Below are positions 63,213 to 64,000 of a stretch of 64,000 bases of DNA, piece by piece. Origin of the DNA: an uncultured Candidatus Micrarchaeota archaeon (lineage in GTDB: Archaea > Micrarchaeota > Micrarchaeia > Anstonellales > Bilamarchaeaceae). How positions within the stretch are numbered: position 1 is the first letter of the stretch; every line of letters starts with the position of its first letter. The stretch covers positions 36,813-100,812 of the forward strand of contig CAIKOA010000008.1 in the NCBI GenBank assembly GCA_903828955.1. The letters are read 5' to 3'. The notes under the pieces are model-generated. The model was not told the origin of the DNA. It saw nothing but the letters and a program-made list of their open reading frames with translations, and did not search any database. Both the position numbers and the translations under genes were made by a program.

Positions 63213-63710
63213 ATGGCAGAGATAAAAGATTTGAATATGCTCATTAAGAAAACCGTCCGGGACGGAGGGGTGCTTGCGCTCCTCTATTTCGACCTCCACG
63301 GAAACAACAAGGAGACCCTTGTGCAATTGGGTGCAGGCCTTGTGCAGAAAGTCCTCAATGAAGAAGGCGTGGTTTTCGCAAGGGGGGAAATAGACGAACC
63401 CATGGAGAACAACAAGCTCTTTTCCACCTCAATAGAGATGAAGGTGCTCACAGAGGACCTCTCCTCGCTTGCAGGGCTCTGCTCGAGCTTCTGCCCGTTT
63501 TCGCTTGAAGTCATAGAGCCACAGGGAATTTTCCTGGACACCGCGCATATGCAGGACCTGCTCATTTTCATTTCCACGAACTCTTATGATTACAAGAAAT
63601 ACATAATCGAGAAGGTCTCGACCCCGGAAACCAGGGCGGAATACGCAAAAAACCTACAAAACCGGGCGGAGATAGGCAAAAGGCTCCTTGAGAAGAAGGG
63701 CGCAGGCTAA
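63213..63710 (+). CDS. Hypothetical protein, likely co-transcribed with downstream KaiC-like ATPase
   Basis: 165-aa ORF ending 10 nt before the next start. No family recognised. Confidence 0.45.
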   Translation: MAEIKDLNMLIKKTVRDGGVLALLYFDLHGNNKETLVQLGAGLVQKVLNEEGVVFARGEIDEPMENNKLFSTSIEMKVLTEDLSSLAGLCSSFCPFSLEVIEPQGIFLDTAHMQDLLIFISTNSYDYKKYIIEKVSTPETRAEYAKNLQNRAEIGKRLLEKKGAG

Positions 63711-63720
63711 GGTGGAAAGA

Positions 63721-64000
63721 TGGCCGAAGTCATAAAGACCGGGATGCCGGGATTGGACAAGATGCTTGATGGAGGGCTCCCCAAGGGCTCAATCTCAACC
63801 ATAAGCGGCCCAACCGGCTCGGGAAAAAGCACCCTTGCCCTCCAGTTCTTGGTGAACGGCGCGCGGAAATACGAGGAAACCGGCCTTTACGTATTCATAG
63901 AGGAATCCCACGAAGCGGTATACAGGAACCTTTCCTACAAGGGCTGGAACCTTGAAGAATTGGAGCTCTCAAAGAAGCTGAATTTCATGGACTATCCGCC
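63721..64000 (+). CDS. KaiC/RadA-like RecA-superfamily ATPase (partial, continues past window end)
   Basis: MAEVIKTGMPGLDKMLDGGLPKGSISTISGPTGSGKSTLALQFL, the KaiC-like N-terminus with Walker A. Confidence 0.7.

Overview
Archaeal chromosomal segment, about 50% GC. The archaeal assignment rests on TBP, proteasome alpha, the L21e-RpoF-DUF655 cluster, archaeal-type ThrRS/TrpRS, SecF/SecD, a Nop5-like protein, a geranylgeranyl reductase, and archaeal-type 5S and 23S rRNA. All calls are by eye from the sequence; no searches were run.

Content: about 45 plausible protein genes; six tRNAs: Val-TAC on the + strand, and Leu-CAG, Gly-GCC, Thr-CGT, Ser-CGA and Gly-TCC on the - strand; two near-identical 5S rRNA copies flanking one protein gene; and a stand-alone 23S rRNA with a flanking processing stem. 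No 16S is linked in this window.

Housekeeping genes are mixed with lineage-specific material:
(a) A three-member paralogous family. Two divergent gene pairs (small N-domain protein plus TPR-like helical protein, 59.5-62.3 kb) and a third protein (17.9-19.5 kb) that joins the same N-domain to a transglutaminase-like core and a TPR-like tail.
(b) Three transglutaminase-like (papain-fold) proteins in total.
(c) A family of 60-110 bp interspersed A/T-hairpin repeats. Two copies are flanked by 11-28 bp direct repeats, one of which duplicates a gene's start codon.
(d) Giant lineage-specific proteins: a 1379-aa single-pass membrane protein, a 1261-aa sequon-rich beta-helix surface protein next to UDP-GlcNAc synthesis genes, and a 604-aa protein of tandem Cys-rich repeats.
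(e) A Nop5-like protein with a long RGG/GAR N-terminal region, and a PIN-PhoH-KH ATPase carrying an RGG insert.
No CRISPR array, integrase or transposase is visible.
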